Origin: Candidatus Woesearchaeota archaeon
GTDB lineage: Archaea; Nanobdellota; Nanobdellia; Pacearchaeales; GW2011-AR1
DNA: 58,424 nucleotides
NCBI GenBank assembly: GCA_964479755.1
Contig: CAYZNI010000003.1
Location: 1-58,424, forward strand
Reading direction: 5' to 3'
Shown here one piece after another: positions 45,163 to 53,793 of this stretch. How positions within the stretch are numbered: position 1 is the first letter of the stretch; each line of letters begins with the position of its first letter. Made by a program: the position numbers and the translations under genes. The notes under the pieces were generated by a model. The model was not told the origin of the DNA. It saw only the letters and a list, made by a program, of their open reading frames with translations, and did no database searches.

Positions 45163-45503
45163 GGGAAGAAATAATTGTTGGAATGAGAAACGCTCTCGAG
45201 CGCGGAGAGAGCATAGAACGCGCCGTTCAGACTTTCATCAACGCCGGCTATAATCCTTTTGAAGTGCGTGCCGCCGCCCAGATGATTTCTGGCTACAATA
45301 ACGCCAGCACTCCAATTGCAAACCCCCAATCAGCTCCAGTCCAGTATCAAACGCCGCAGCAGCCCCCGATAATCCAGTTTCAATCTCAGGAGCCTGAAAA
45401 AAAAAGCGGCAAAACAATCCTTATTATAGGGATTGCAATTTCTACGTTAATTTTGCTTTCTGCTATCAGCTATCTGGCTTTTGCTTTGCTTTCAAAACCA
45501 TGA
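45159..45503 (+). CDS. Tail-anchored small protein with an N-terminal 'G-x-S-x-E...GY...EV' helical module
   Basis: 114 aa with a Pro/Gln linker and a C-terminal TM. The module is shared with the 55802-56065 product. Confidence 0.55.
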   Translation: MREEIIVGMRNALERGESIERAVQTFINAGYNPFEVRAAAQMISGYNNASTPIANPQSAPVQYQTPQQPPIIQFQSQEPEKKSGKTILIIGIAISTLILLSAISYLAFALLSKP

Positions 45504-46219
45504 GCGATAAATCTATGTTTTCATTAGTGAAAAGCTCTTTAGCAAACTTTTTTAGAAGCCCTATTCTTATCGCATTAGGGGTAGTTCTTTTTTTCTTCTT
45601 TTTTGTCTATTCCAAATTCGGTGGCACGGCCGCGCATTATTTTCAGACAACTTTTTCAAACCTTTTTTGGGTTTTATTCTCAACAGCTGTTTTTATCTTG
45701 GTTAGCGGAGTATTTACAACATTGTTTATTTTTTATTCCCAAAAAGACTGTAAAATTTTGAAAATAAAAGCTCAATCAGCAATTAAAAAATTCTGGCTCA
45801 AGAACTCTTTGGTTGTATTCCTTTATCTGATTTTTTTCAATTTAGTGAATTTAACTCTTCTTCTCTTTACTAGGCTCCTGATTTATCTTTCCCCCCACTT
45901 CAGGATTTCTGTGGAAATGTTCAGGCTTTCCAGCACAATTATAGCCTTCGTTTGGGTTGCAGCAATTATAATTTTTTTGAGCTTCGTTTCTTTTTTCATT
46001 GTCCTTGAAAACCTGCCTTTTTTTTCAGCAATAAGAAGTTCAATTAATTTTGTCAAATGGAATTATATTCCAACTTTGTCTTTGACAGTTATTTTTTACG
46101 TTGTAATCTTTTTTATTAATAAAATAAACAATGCTTACGCCGATTTTTTAAATTATGCCTTGGTCTTGCCGTTTATGTTCCTATTGCTCACTCGATTCGT
46201 AATTGAGTTTAGAAAATGA
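45500..46219 (+). CDS. Polytopic membrane protein (hypothetical)
   Basis: 239 aa with about 6 TM helices. 4-nt overlaps on both sides. Confidence 0.55.
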   Translation: MSDKSMFSLVKSSLANFFRSPILIALGVVLFFFFFVYSKFGGTAAHYFQTTFSNLFWVLFSTAVFILVSGVFTTLFIFYSQKDCKILKIKAQSAIKKFWLKNSLVVFLYLIFFNLVNLTLLLFTRLLIYLSPHFRISVEMFRLSSTIIAFVWVAAIIIFLSFVSFFIVLENLPFFSAIRSSINFVKWNYIPTLSLTVIFYVVIFFINKINNAYADFLNYALVLPFMFLLLTRFVIEFRK

Positions 46220-46749
46220 TTTACCAACCTTCAGATGACTCTTATCTCTTGCAAGAGCAAGTCAAAAAATTCTCAAAAGGAAAAAAAGTTCTCGATCTTG
46301 GCACAGGCAGCGGAATCCAGGCCGTCGCGGCTGAAAAATCCGGAGCAAAAAAAGTTCTCGCGACAGATACAGAAGAGGAGTCGATAAAAGCGGTAAAAAA
46401 GCTTGGTATTCCTGCAATTAAGAGCAATTTGTTTCAAAAAATCAGGGGCAAGTTTGATTTAATAATTTTCAATCCGCCTTACCTGCCGCAAGATTTAAGG
46501 GAAGATTCAGAAAGTTCCAGAGCTACCACGGGCGGAAAAAAAGGCGACGAATTGATATTAAAATTCCTGAAACAGTCTATTGAGCATATTAGGAGCGATG
46601 GTATCATTTTATTAATTGTATCTTCATTAACTCCTAAAATAAGAATTAACAATTTCTTGAAAAAAAATATTCTTGTCTGCAAAGTTTTGTCTGAAAAAAA
46701 GATTTTCTTTGAAAAACTACAAGTCTGGAAAATTTGCAAATGCGGATAA
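46216..46749 (+). CDS. HemK/Mtq2-like N5-glutamine methyltransferase
   Basis: 'YQPSDDSYLL', 'VLDLGTGSGIQA' and 'IFNPPYLP' (NPPY). Confidence 0.75.
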   Translation: MIYQPSDDSYLLQEQVKKFSKGKKVLDLGTGSGIQAVAAEKSGAKKVLATDTEEESIKAVKKLGIPAIKSNLFQKIRGKFDLIIFNPPYLPQDLREDSESSRATTGGKKGDELILKFLKQSIEHIRSDGIILLIVSSLTPKIRINNFLKKNILVCKVLSEKKIFFEKLQVWKICKCG

Positions 46750-46789
46750 AAAATGTTAAACTTGGGTGAAAATTTCAAGATTGATACTG

Positions 46790-47173
46790 CTATTCCTCAA
46801 TTTTTCTTCTTGTGCATTCACTATAATTGCTTCTGAATATTTTTCCCTCTTCCGTGAGTTCATAAACCTTGTTTGGAATTTTTTGGTTGAACCCAGTAAA
46901 ACTGGCAGCTCCATCCCTGACTCTGAAAATCTCGGCTTTGACAAGTAAAGAAAGTGCTTTTTCTATTTGCGACCTGTTTCCTGCAAGGACATTTTCTGCA
47001 AAATCCCTCCCAGTTATCTCTTTCTTTTCGTCCATGTAGTCCAGCAGATGGTAAATTACCAAAAGGTATCTGTTTCCCTTAAAGTAAATCTTTTTCCCGC
47101 TGCTGATATTTTCAATTCGTCTTATTAATTCCTCCCTTAGTTCTCTGCCGAAAAAGTTATCTATTGATATCAT
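46790..47173 (-). CDS. Winged-helix transcriptional regulator (PadR/MarR-like)
   Basis: 'LLVIYHLLDYMDEKKEITGRDFAENV...IEKALSLLVKAEIFRV...VYELTEEGK'. Confidence 0.5.
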   Translation of the reverse strand: MISIDNFFGRELREELIRRIENISSGKKIYFKGNRYLLVIYHLLDYMDEKKEITGRDFAENVLAGNRSQIEKALSLLVKAEIFRVRDGAASFTGFNQKIPNKVYELTEEGKIFRSNYSECTRRKIEE

Positions 47174-47193
47174 AAATTCTCGTCAAAAACAAG

Positions 47194-47202
47194 CTTTAAA
47201 AG
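47194..47202 (+). promoter_or_regulatory. TATA-like box for pfdA
   Basis: 'CTTTAAAAG' begins 30 nt upstream of the ATG at 47224. Confidence 0.4.
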
Positions 47203-47223
47203 CATTGTTAGCCTTCAAAACAC

Positions 47224-47613
47224 ATGGAAGAATTAGTTCAAAGAGCCTCTCAACTTCGGAGTGAGAGCGAGCAAATCGAAAAACAAATCGAGTTCATTTC
47301 TCAGCAAATATCAAGTCTCGAAGACTTTTCAAAGAGTCTGGAATTCATTTCAAGAAACTCTGATAATAAGTTTATGGCTCCGATGACTCGCGGAGTTTTT
47401 GTAGAAGGAGAGATGAACAAGAGCTCCAAGCTCTTAGTTGAAGTAGGTGCTGGTGTATTCATAAAAAAATCTCCAAATGAGACTTCAGAAATAATCGAAG
47501 CACAAATTAGAAGGTTTAAAGAATTTAAAATTCAGCTTGAGACAAATCTCCAGGAGTATATATCTGATTTTTATGAAATGCTTCAACAAGTTGAAGAACT
47601 AAAGAAAAATTAA
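47224..47613 (+). CDS. pfdA: Prefoldin alpha subunit
   Basis: Coiled-coil, beta-hairpin ('LLVEVGAGVFIKK'), coiled-coil layout. 129 aa. Confidence 0.75.
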   Translation: MEELVQRASQLRSESEQIEKQIEFISQQISSLEDFSKSLEFISRNSDNKFMAPMTRGVFVEGEMNKSSKLLVEVGAGVFIKKSPNETSEIIEAQIRRFKEFKIQLETNLQEYISDFYEMLQQVEELKKN

Positions 47614-47812
47614 GAAAGAAAATTTGGAATAACTTATTTTTTGAAGAATTTGTTTTGGATTAAAATACAGATTAATTATATAGTAATGTTTTGTTGTGGA
47701 TATTAATTATTAATCAAATTGTGGCTATTTTTTATTAGACATTGATTGTGTAAAAACAGAGTTTTTCATAATTCTCGAAAGAGTTATATAGTTATTTCCC
47801 TGATTATTGTAA

Positions 47813-47926
47813 ATGATAGATTTAATTTTTTGCAAGGAGTGTGGTTTTCCAATTCAAAAAGGTAATAGCAATAGCAAAATGATTAAAAAAAACTTCAAGA
47901 AGAATTTATTAAATTCTTATAATTAA
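47813..47926 (+). CDS. Candidate 37-aa leader ORF abutting tkt
   Basis: MIDLIFCKECGFPIQKGNSNSKMIKKNFKKNLLNSYN. 'TTATATAG' (47784-47791) begins 29 nt upstream of its ATG, and its TAA is directly followed by the tkt ATG. No homology recognised. Confidence 0.25.
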   Translation: MIDLIFCKECGFPIQKGNSNSKMIKKNFKKNLLNSYN

Positions 47927-49732
47927 ATGGAACAAAAAGAACTCCAAGACGTTGCCAATTTGCTTCGCAGAGATGTTCTCAAAATGACCTCTGCAGCAGG
48001 CAGCGGCCACCCAACATCTTGTTTATCTTGCGCAGAATTAATTTCAGTAATTTTTTTCAATGAACTTAGGCTTTCTGGCGAACTAAACTCAGATGAATTC
48101 GTTTTGAGTAAAGGCCATGCAGCGCCCATCTTGTATGCAGCCCTTTCTCGTTCTGGTATGGTTAAAGAAAATCTGCAAACTTTGAGGAGATTAAACTCAG
48201 CTCTCGAAGGCCATCCAATTCCAGGCAAATTGCCCCGCATTAAAGTGGCTACCGGCTCCTTAGGACAAGGCCTTTCAGTCGGTGTTGGCCTGGCACTTGC
48301 CTCAAAAAAACTTTCTTCAGACTCAAAGACTTATGTCTTGATAGGGGACAGCGAAATGGCAGAAGGCTCTTTATATGAAGCTTTTCAGTTGGCGTCGTAC
48401 TATCATTTAAATAATCTTTGCGCTATCATTGATGTAAATCGCCTCGGCCAAAGCGGTGAAACGATGCTCGGCCACGATCTTGAAACCTACAAAAAAAGAA
48501 TAGAGTCATTCGGCTGGCAGGTTGAGAAAATAAATGGCCATGATACCTCACAAATTTCTTCATCCTTGCAAAAACTTAAATCTTCAGAAAAGCCGTTAGC
48601 AATTTTAGCCAAAACTGTTAAAGGAAAAGGCGTTTCATTTCTTGAAGACAGGGAAGGCTGGCACGGCAAAGTTCTGAATAAACTCGAACTTGAAAAAGCC
48701 CTCAAAGAAATTCCTTCCCCAAAAATGCCTCAAATCAAGCTTCGCAATCCAGAGCCGCTTCAAATTAAAGTTAAAAAATCAAAACTGGACTTGACAAAAT
48801 ACAGGCTTGGTCAAAATGTTTCCACAAGAGAATCCTATGGGGCTGCTCTTGCAAATCTCTGCCTCTCCAGTTCTGATGTTCTGGCTCTTGACGGCGAAGT
48901 CTCAAACTCTACCTTCTCCCAAAAAGTCAAGGTTTTGGTTCCAGAGCAATTTGTCGAATGTTTTATCGCAGAGCAGAATCTGGTAGGAATGGCTCTAGGC
49001 TTGTCAAAAAAGTCATTCAACGTGTTCGCCTCAACTTTTGCCGCCTTTCTTACACGTGCCCACGACCAATTAAGAATGGCTGCCCTCTCCCAGCCCAGTT
49101 TAACTTTCTGCGGCTCTCACGCCGGTGTCTCGATTGGTGAAGACGGAGCCTCGCAAATGGGTTTGGAAGATTTGGCTATGTTCCGTTCCCTGCCAAATTC
49201 AATTGTCTTTTATCCTTCTGACGCGGTTTCAACTGGAAAACTAGTTGAACTCTCAGCCAAAACTCCGGGATTGAAATATCTGCGTTTAACTCGTGGCAAG
49301 ACTCCAGTTATTTACAAAGAAGACGAAAAATTCTCTGTCGGGGACTTCAAAATACTAAAAGAATCTAAATCCGATGCCATAGTTTTAATTGGAGCAGGAG
49401 TAACTCTTCACGAGGCTATAAAAGCGAGTCAGGAACTAAAAAAGAAAAAGCTCAACGCCGCAGTCATAGACCTGTACTGCATTAAACCTTTGAACGCAAA
49501 AAAACTTATTCAATTCATTAAAACTCATGGAAATAAAATAATCATTGCAGAAGACCATTACAAGGAAGGCGGGATTGGAGAAATGCTTTCCTCAGAATTA
49601 ATTAACTCCGGAATTAGTATCGAATCTTTGGCGATTAAAGAAATCCCTCATTCCGGCACTCCAGAACAATTACTCGAGAAATATCAAATAAATGCAAAAT
49701 CAATTGAAAATGCAGCAATTAACTTAGTCTAG
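47927..49732 (+). CDS. tkt: Transketolase (single polypeptide corresponding to the split N- and C-terminal subunit type)
   Basis: 'AGSGHPTSCLSCAELISVIF' and 'GDSEMAEGSLYEA' (ThDP motif), followed by Pyr and C-terminal domains. 601 aa. Confidence 0.9.
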   Translation: MEQKELQDVANLLRRDVLKMTSAAGSGHPTSCLSCAELISVIFFNELRLSGELNSDEFVLSKGHAAPILYAALSRSGMVKENLQTLRRLNSALEGHPIPGKLPRIKVATGSLGQGLSVGVGLALASKKLSSDSKTYVLIGDSEMAEGSLYEAFQLASYYHLNNLCAIIDVNRLGQSGETMLGHDLETYKKRIESFGWQVEKINGHDTSQISSSLQKLKSSEKPLAILAKTVKGKGVSFLEDREGWHGKVLNKLELEKALKEIPSPKMPQIKLRNPEPLQIKVKKSKLDLTKYRLGQNVSTRESYGAALANLCLSSSDVLALDGEVSNSTFSQKVKVLVPEQFVECFIAEQNLVGMALGLSKKSFNVFASTFAAFLTRAHDQLRMAALSQPSLTFCGSHAGVSIGEDGASQMGLEDLAMFRSLPNSIVFYPSDAVSTGKLVELSAKTPGLKYLRLTRGKTPVIYKEDEKFSVGDFKILKESKSDAIVLIGAGVTLHEAIKASQELKKKKLNAAVIDLYCIKPLNAKKLIQFIKTHGNKIIIAEDHYKEGGIGEMLSSELINSGISIESLAIKEIPHSGTPEQLLEKYQINAKSIENAAINLV

Positions 49733-50105
49733 GTACAGCCCAGCCCAAGACACTGTCCGGGTTAATATGCTCGTATAAACTAGTGCCATTAAGCAGCTCT
49801 TCATAAACGGCTCTTATAAAAGGCTTGCCTTGGGCTATGCATTGTCTTTCAATAAAATCCATCTCTAAATCTACAAGTCTTTTTTCTGCATCTGTAATCA
49901 AAGGTAATTCGCCAACATGGCAGCCAAATGGCAGGGATTTTAATTTTTTAGGCCTTTGACCCGCTCCATCAGTTTTATAAGAATCATCACTTTTTCCAAG
50001 CAAACTATAGCCTAAGCCTAACATCACAGCGTCCCTATCAACAACTTCATGAAATGCTCTGTATCCTTCTTGCGTTCTCCGTGCACCTCTATTGTGCTGT
50101 GGCAT
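49719..50105 (-). CDS. Hypothetical protein
   Basis: 128-aa ORF lying 8 nt downstream of the archaeosortase-like gene. Its 3' end overlaps tkt convergently by 14 nt. No motif recognised. Confidence 0.4.
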   Translation of the reverse strand: MPQHNRGARRTQEGYRAFHEVVDRDAVMLGLGYSLLGKSDDSYKTDGAGQRPKKLKSLPFGCHVGELPLITDAEKRLVDLEMDFIERQCIAQGKPFIRAVYEELLNGTSLYEHINPDSVLGWAVPRLS

Positions 50106-50112
50106 TGCAAAA

Positions 50113-50676
50113 TTAAAATATGACTGTATTTAAACCTTTCTCTTCTGTGTTTTTAAGTCGGTCAATCACTTCTTTAACGTCGCTATAAATCGGAATTTCT
50201 TTAAGCTTGTAAATCCAGACATTAATGAACCACAAGGCGACAACAATTACCGTGCTTCCAAAATACCATACAAACTTGTGAGCGATATCAAAATATTGTT
50301 TTCCAGCGACGAAAAAAGCAAGAAAAATTACTATTCTTGAAATGTTTATTGCAAGAAAAGAAAAATAAAGAAAAGCCAGACTCCTTAATCTTGAAGTTAT
50401 TCTCATCGGTGTTGAAAGATTCAATATTGTAAGGAGATACAATGCAGCTCCGGCAATGCAAGCCGCAATTATTTCAGCATATTCGCCTGAAAAGAACACT
50501 AAATTTCCCGGCAAGAGTCTAGCATTAGGATCAAGCAATAAAGTTATCCAATAAACCGGATATATTGTCAGCGGTGTAAAGATAAGATAAAAAATACCCA
50601 AGTTGAACAATCCCAAAGCGAGCAGTATCAGGTACCTGGCTAAAAGTCCAGCAACCCAGTAGTTTTCTTTGTCCAT
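50113..50676 (-). CDS. Minimal exosortase/archaeosortase-family protein (candidate)
   Basis: 187 aa with about 5-6 TM helices. 'EIIAACIAGA' (Cys73 within a TM, CxxG-like), 'AINISRIVIF' (Arg114, 41 residues later, N-x-x-R-I pattern) and 'IAHKFVWYFG' (His133). The neighbouring gene product carries a C-terminal tripartite sorting signal. Confidence 0.5.
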   Translation of the reverse strand: MDKENYWVAGLLARYLILLALGLFNLGIFYLIFTPLTIYPVYWITLLLDPNARLLPGNLVFFSGEYAEIIAACIAGAALYLLTILNLSTPMRITSRLRSLAFLYFSFLAINISRIVIFLAFFVAGKQYFDIAHKFVWYFGSTVIVVALWFINVWIYKLKEIPIYSDVKEVIDRLKNTEEKGLNTVIF

Positions 50677-50706
50677 TAATTACAAGAGAAAAACAAGTTT
50701 AAAATC

Positions 50707-50985
50707 CTATCCTGTAGACTTATCTCTGGGAATTAATGCAATCCCCCTAGCCCTGCAAGTTAAATATACAGTACCTCTTCCTGATGTTCCATATTTTACT
50801 TCAGTTTTATATCTTGTGACCACTTCAGCTTCAGAAGAAACTTTCTCTGCAAATTCATGAATTAATCCCTATTCAAATCCAATTTCAACATGCACGCATC
50901 TTAATTTATTTTCTGAAATATCTTTTCCTTCTGATTTGCAATAATCATCAATACCACAATTCAAAATCTTTTCTAAAGGGAATGC
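50707..50985 (-). pseudogene. Protein-like reading frame without ATG/GTG start, interrupted by an in-frame TAG (50869-50871)
   Basis: Hand translation: AFPLEKILNCGIDDYCKSEGKDISENKLRCVHVEIGFE*GLIHEFAEKVSSEAEVVTRYKTEVKYGTSGRGTVYLTCRARGIALIPRDKSTG*. Confidence 0.3.
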
Positions 50986-50989
50986 TATT

Positions 50990-52930
50990 TTATCTTCTCG
51001 AAATTCTAACAGCCACAACAATTATCAAAATTATCAGGATGACATTTACTGCGCCGATTATCCACAAGTAAGTGTTTCCTCCGCCCAGATTGAATGAGAA
51101 TCCCTGGCTCTGTTTAGGAGCAACTTCAACCGTGACATCTCTTGATTCAGTCTTTCCATTAGATATAGTTTCAATCGTAAAGCTCTGGTCGCCTTCAGCG
51201 TCTTCATTGACCTTGAACTTGATTGTAACTTCAGCTTCTTCTCCAGAATCAAGAGTTAGGCTTTTCTTTGATATGCTGTCCAATTCAGCCCAAGAGTCAA
51301 AGCCATTTACATCAAGAACATAAGTATTCTTTGTCGCGCCAACATTTGTAATCTTTGCCTTTACGCTAAAAGTCTCCCCGGCAATAGAATCTGAACCAAG
51401 TGAAGCGCTTATCAAAGCAGTTCTTCCGGTTGCACCGCTTCCACTTCCACCAGTTCCGTTGTTACCGCCAGTTGAACCTCCGGCGCATCCAAGAACCTTC
51501 AAGGTGACAGGAGTATCTTCATCAGAGTCCTGCCTGTAAGTATTGCTGCTGCTCCTATAGTCGTACTCGGAACTTAATAGCAAAGTGTAGGCTTTGTTTT
51601 GCGCATTTTGTGGAACCGTGAAATCAAATCTTATTTGCTGGCTATCTCCCTTGTCCAAGTTGTTTCTTATTTCAACTGATTGATCAATCTTAAGCTCAGA
51701 ATTTTTCAGATTAATCTTAACTTGATCCTGATCCTTGTCTCCAACGTTCAATACATCCAACATCAAGGACACGCTATCTCCGCAAGTTGCCTCAGTTGGG
51801 CTGGACTGAATCTTGTCAAATAAGATGAATCTTCCTTCATCACTGGTTCTTTTTACCTTTATCTCTCGGAATTGGTCTCCATCAAGAAGGTCTGTGCATT
51901 GTGTTGATTCCGCTCCGTCAGAATAAGCTTTCGCAATTAGTCTGTAATTTCCGGAATCAATGTCAGCAGGGACCCTGAATTCGAACGTGACTGTGTCATC
52001 ATCGCCATCGCCTAAATCTCCAATGTTGATTTCATCTTCATCACTATTCGTAAAATCAAAATCATTCACAACGTTTTTTCCATTGCCGTCAAGTATTCCT
52101 AATCTGACATTTACATCATCTATGTCATCATCTCCTGTGTTTTCAGCCTTAACCTGTACACTTATAGTGTCAAGTAATTCCCATTCATCATCTTTTCCAG
52201 TTCCAGTGTTATCAATCTTAAATTTTGTAATCTCTAATTCTCCAAGATTTCCGTTCTTGCAGAAATTGATTGTTCCAAATGTAGCAGTTACAGACTTGGC
52301 TGCATTCATAGTTACTGTGCAAGTTGAGCTTGTTCCAGAGCAAGCGCCGCTCCATCCTGAGAATGAAGAGCCGCTTGACGCTGCTGCAGTTAATATAACG
52401 TTAGTTCCGCTCGCATAACTTTCAGCGCAGTCGCTTCCACAATTAATTCCAGATGGTGAGGATGTTATTATTCCGCTGCCCGCTCCGGCTTTTGCAACTG
52501 TCAATGCGAAGTTGCTGGATCCGCCTGTTACAGGTACGCTAAATTGTACTGAATCAGCAGTAGCGGTTCCCGAAGGGTTTCCAATTATTGTTCCAGCGAT
52601 GTTTCCAGATTGTCCGGCAGGAATATTGACTGTTGCTGTGATTGTTATTGTCTGTCCAATTGCCAAGTTTATAGGGTTTGACTCGCTAAACGTCATTGAA
52701 CTTATTGTTCCAGAAACGGTCGAACTTGAAAGGTTAAAATTAAAGCTGTCAGAAGTTCCTGTATATGTAGCATTAAATACCACTTGAAATGAAGTTGCGG
52801 TAGATTGAACACTGGCAGGTTGTGAAACCAAGTCCATATTGAAAACTTGGGCGCTGCCAAATCCAGCAGCAAAAGTTATGACTAAAAATGAAAATGCGCT
52901 TAAAATCAAAAAATTTGTTTTGCTGTTCAT
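50990..52930 (-). CDS. Secreted surface protein with an InlB-B-repeat-like domain, CARDB-like domains and a C-terminal sorting signal
   Basis: Sec signal peptide. 'GSGIITSSPSGINCGSDCAESYASGTNVILTAAASSGSSFSGWSGACSGTSSTCTVTMNAAKSVTATF' fits the divergent InlB B-repeat pattern. A Gly/Ser linker follows, and the C-terminus is 'LGGGNTYLWIIGAVNVILIILIIVVAVRISRR'. Confidence 0.7.
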   Translation of the reverse strand: MNSKTNFLILSAFSFLVITFAAGFGSAQVFNMDLVSQPASVQSTATSFQVVFNATYTGTSDSFNFNLSSSTVSGTISSMTFSESNPINLAIGQTITITATVNIPAGQSGNIAGTIIGNPSGTATADSVQFSVPVTGGSSNFALTVAKAGAGSGIITSSPSGINCGSDCAESYASGTNVILTAAASSGSSFSGWSGACSGTSSTCTVTMNAAKSVTATFGTINFCKNGNLGELEITKFKIDNTGTGKDDEWELLDTISVQVKAENTGDDDIDDVNVRLGILDGNGKNVVNDFDFTNSDEDEINIGDLGDGDDDTVTFEFRVPADIDSGNYRLIAKAYSDGAESTQCTDLLDGDQFREIKVKRTSDEGRFILFDKIQSSPTEATCGDSVSLMLDVLNVGDKDQDQVKINLKNSELKIDQSVEIRNNLDKGDSQQIRFDFTVPQNAQNKAYTLLLSSEYDYRSSSNTYRQDSDEDTPVTLKVLGCAGGSTGGNNGTGGSGSGATGRTALISASLGSDSIAGETFSVKAKITNVGATKNTYVLDVNGFDSWAELDSISKKSLTLDSGEEAEVTIKFKVNEDAEGDQSFTIETISNGKTESRDVTVEVAPKQSQGFSFNLGGGNTYLWIIGAVNVILIILIIVVAVRISRR

Positions 52931-53062
52931 TTTAATGTTGTAATTTTATAGTTACACATATGCTATTTAAACTTTTCTGTGATTGACTACACACATCAAC
53001 CTTGCATTTCCTCAGCAAGAAAATTTAAATAAATATATATGCACTAAAATATAGGTGAAAAA

Positions 53063-53440
53063 ATGCCAATCAAGTCTCGTGAAAATCTTTTGGGCGCCTG
53101 GGCTTTCCTCGTCGGAATTATCCTGGCTATTGCCGCAGGAATCTTTTCAGGCTTGCGAGCCAATTCCTGGGTGTTTACAGTTCTTGCCGCTCTGGGAGTT
53201 GCCGTCGGATACTTTGTATCAGAAAAAGAATCTAGAACTTTCCTTATAGCCGCAGTTGCTCTAGTAATAGTAAGTTTTGCAGGGATACAGGGAATGGTTC
53301 TGGATTCCGCGATTCGCGGCATCGCAATTGGAAAAATGGTTTCTGCAGTCCTTGGAGCTCTTTTGATTATGTTTGTCCCCGCAGCAATCATCGTCGCGCT
53401 TAAGACGGTTTTCGCAATCTCCACGATTGGGAAGGAATGA
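53063..53440 (+). CDS. Small 4-TM membrane protein (hypothetical)
   Basis: 125 aa with regular hydrophobic helices. Preferred over the fully overlapping antisense ORF 53044-53457. Confidence 0.5.
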   Translation: MPIKSRENLLGAWAFLVGIILAIAAGIFSGLRANSWVFTVLAALGVAVGYFVSEKESRTFLIAAVALVIVSFAGIQGMVLDSAIRGIAIGKMVSAVLGALLIMFVPAAIIVALKTVFAISTIGKE

Positions 53441-53793
53441 TTTTGAAAAACTGCCAAACTTATTAAAAAGTTCTAGCCCAAAAAGACTTATTGCTGTTAT
53501 TCTATCTTGTTCAGACTTGAAAACATCAATTAAGTGGATGGTTTTTGCATAAAAAAATAAAACTATCTCTTTGCAGAAGAGAAAAAAGAGGGCTGTAATT
53601 TTTAATGAAAAATTCCCTGCCCTTCATATTTACTTATGAGTCAAGATTCAAGAAAGCCAAGATGTTATCCAGTGCAGTAATTCTCTTGTGGCTTTTTGTT
53701 TGGCAGGGTTTGTTTTAAAACACGAAAATGGCTTAACTCTCTGTTCTTTTAAAGAACTTTGCAAAATTGGTCTTGAAAAATATGGGAAATAGA

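Noticed and set aside
47923-48240. 105-aa minus-strand ORF
   Set aside because: It is antisense to the transketolase ThDP-binding N-terminus.
51058-52787. Several ORFs (51058-51252 -, 51072-51323 +, 51960-52418 +, 52512-52787 +) inside the 646-aa surface-protein gene
   Set aside because: They are alternative or antisense frames of a long Ser/Thr/Gly/Asp-rich gene. They have low-complexity products and no start context.
53044-53457. 137-aa minus-strand ORF
   Set aside because: It fully overlaps the plus-strand 125-aa ORF, whose product has regular TM helices. The minus-strand product is Arg/Ala/Thr/Pro-rich with no structure-like pattern.
53605-53718. 37-aa ORF (MKNSLPFIFTYESRFKKAKMLSSAVILLWLFVWQGLF) in the 53441-53793 spacer
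   Set aside because: It has no properly spaced TATA-like box or Shine-Dalgarno and no recognisable family, so it is not distinguishable from chance.
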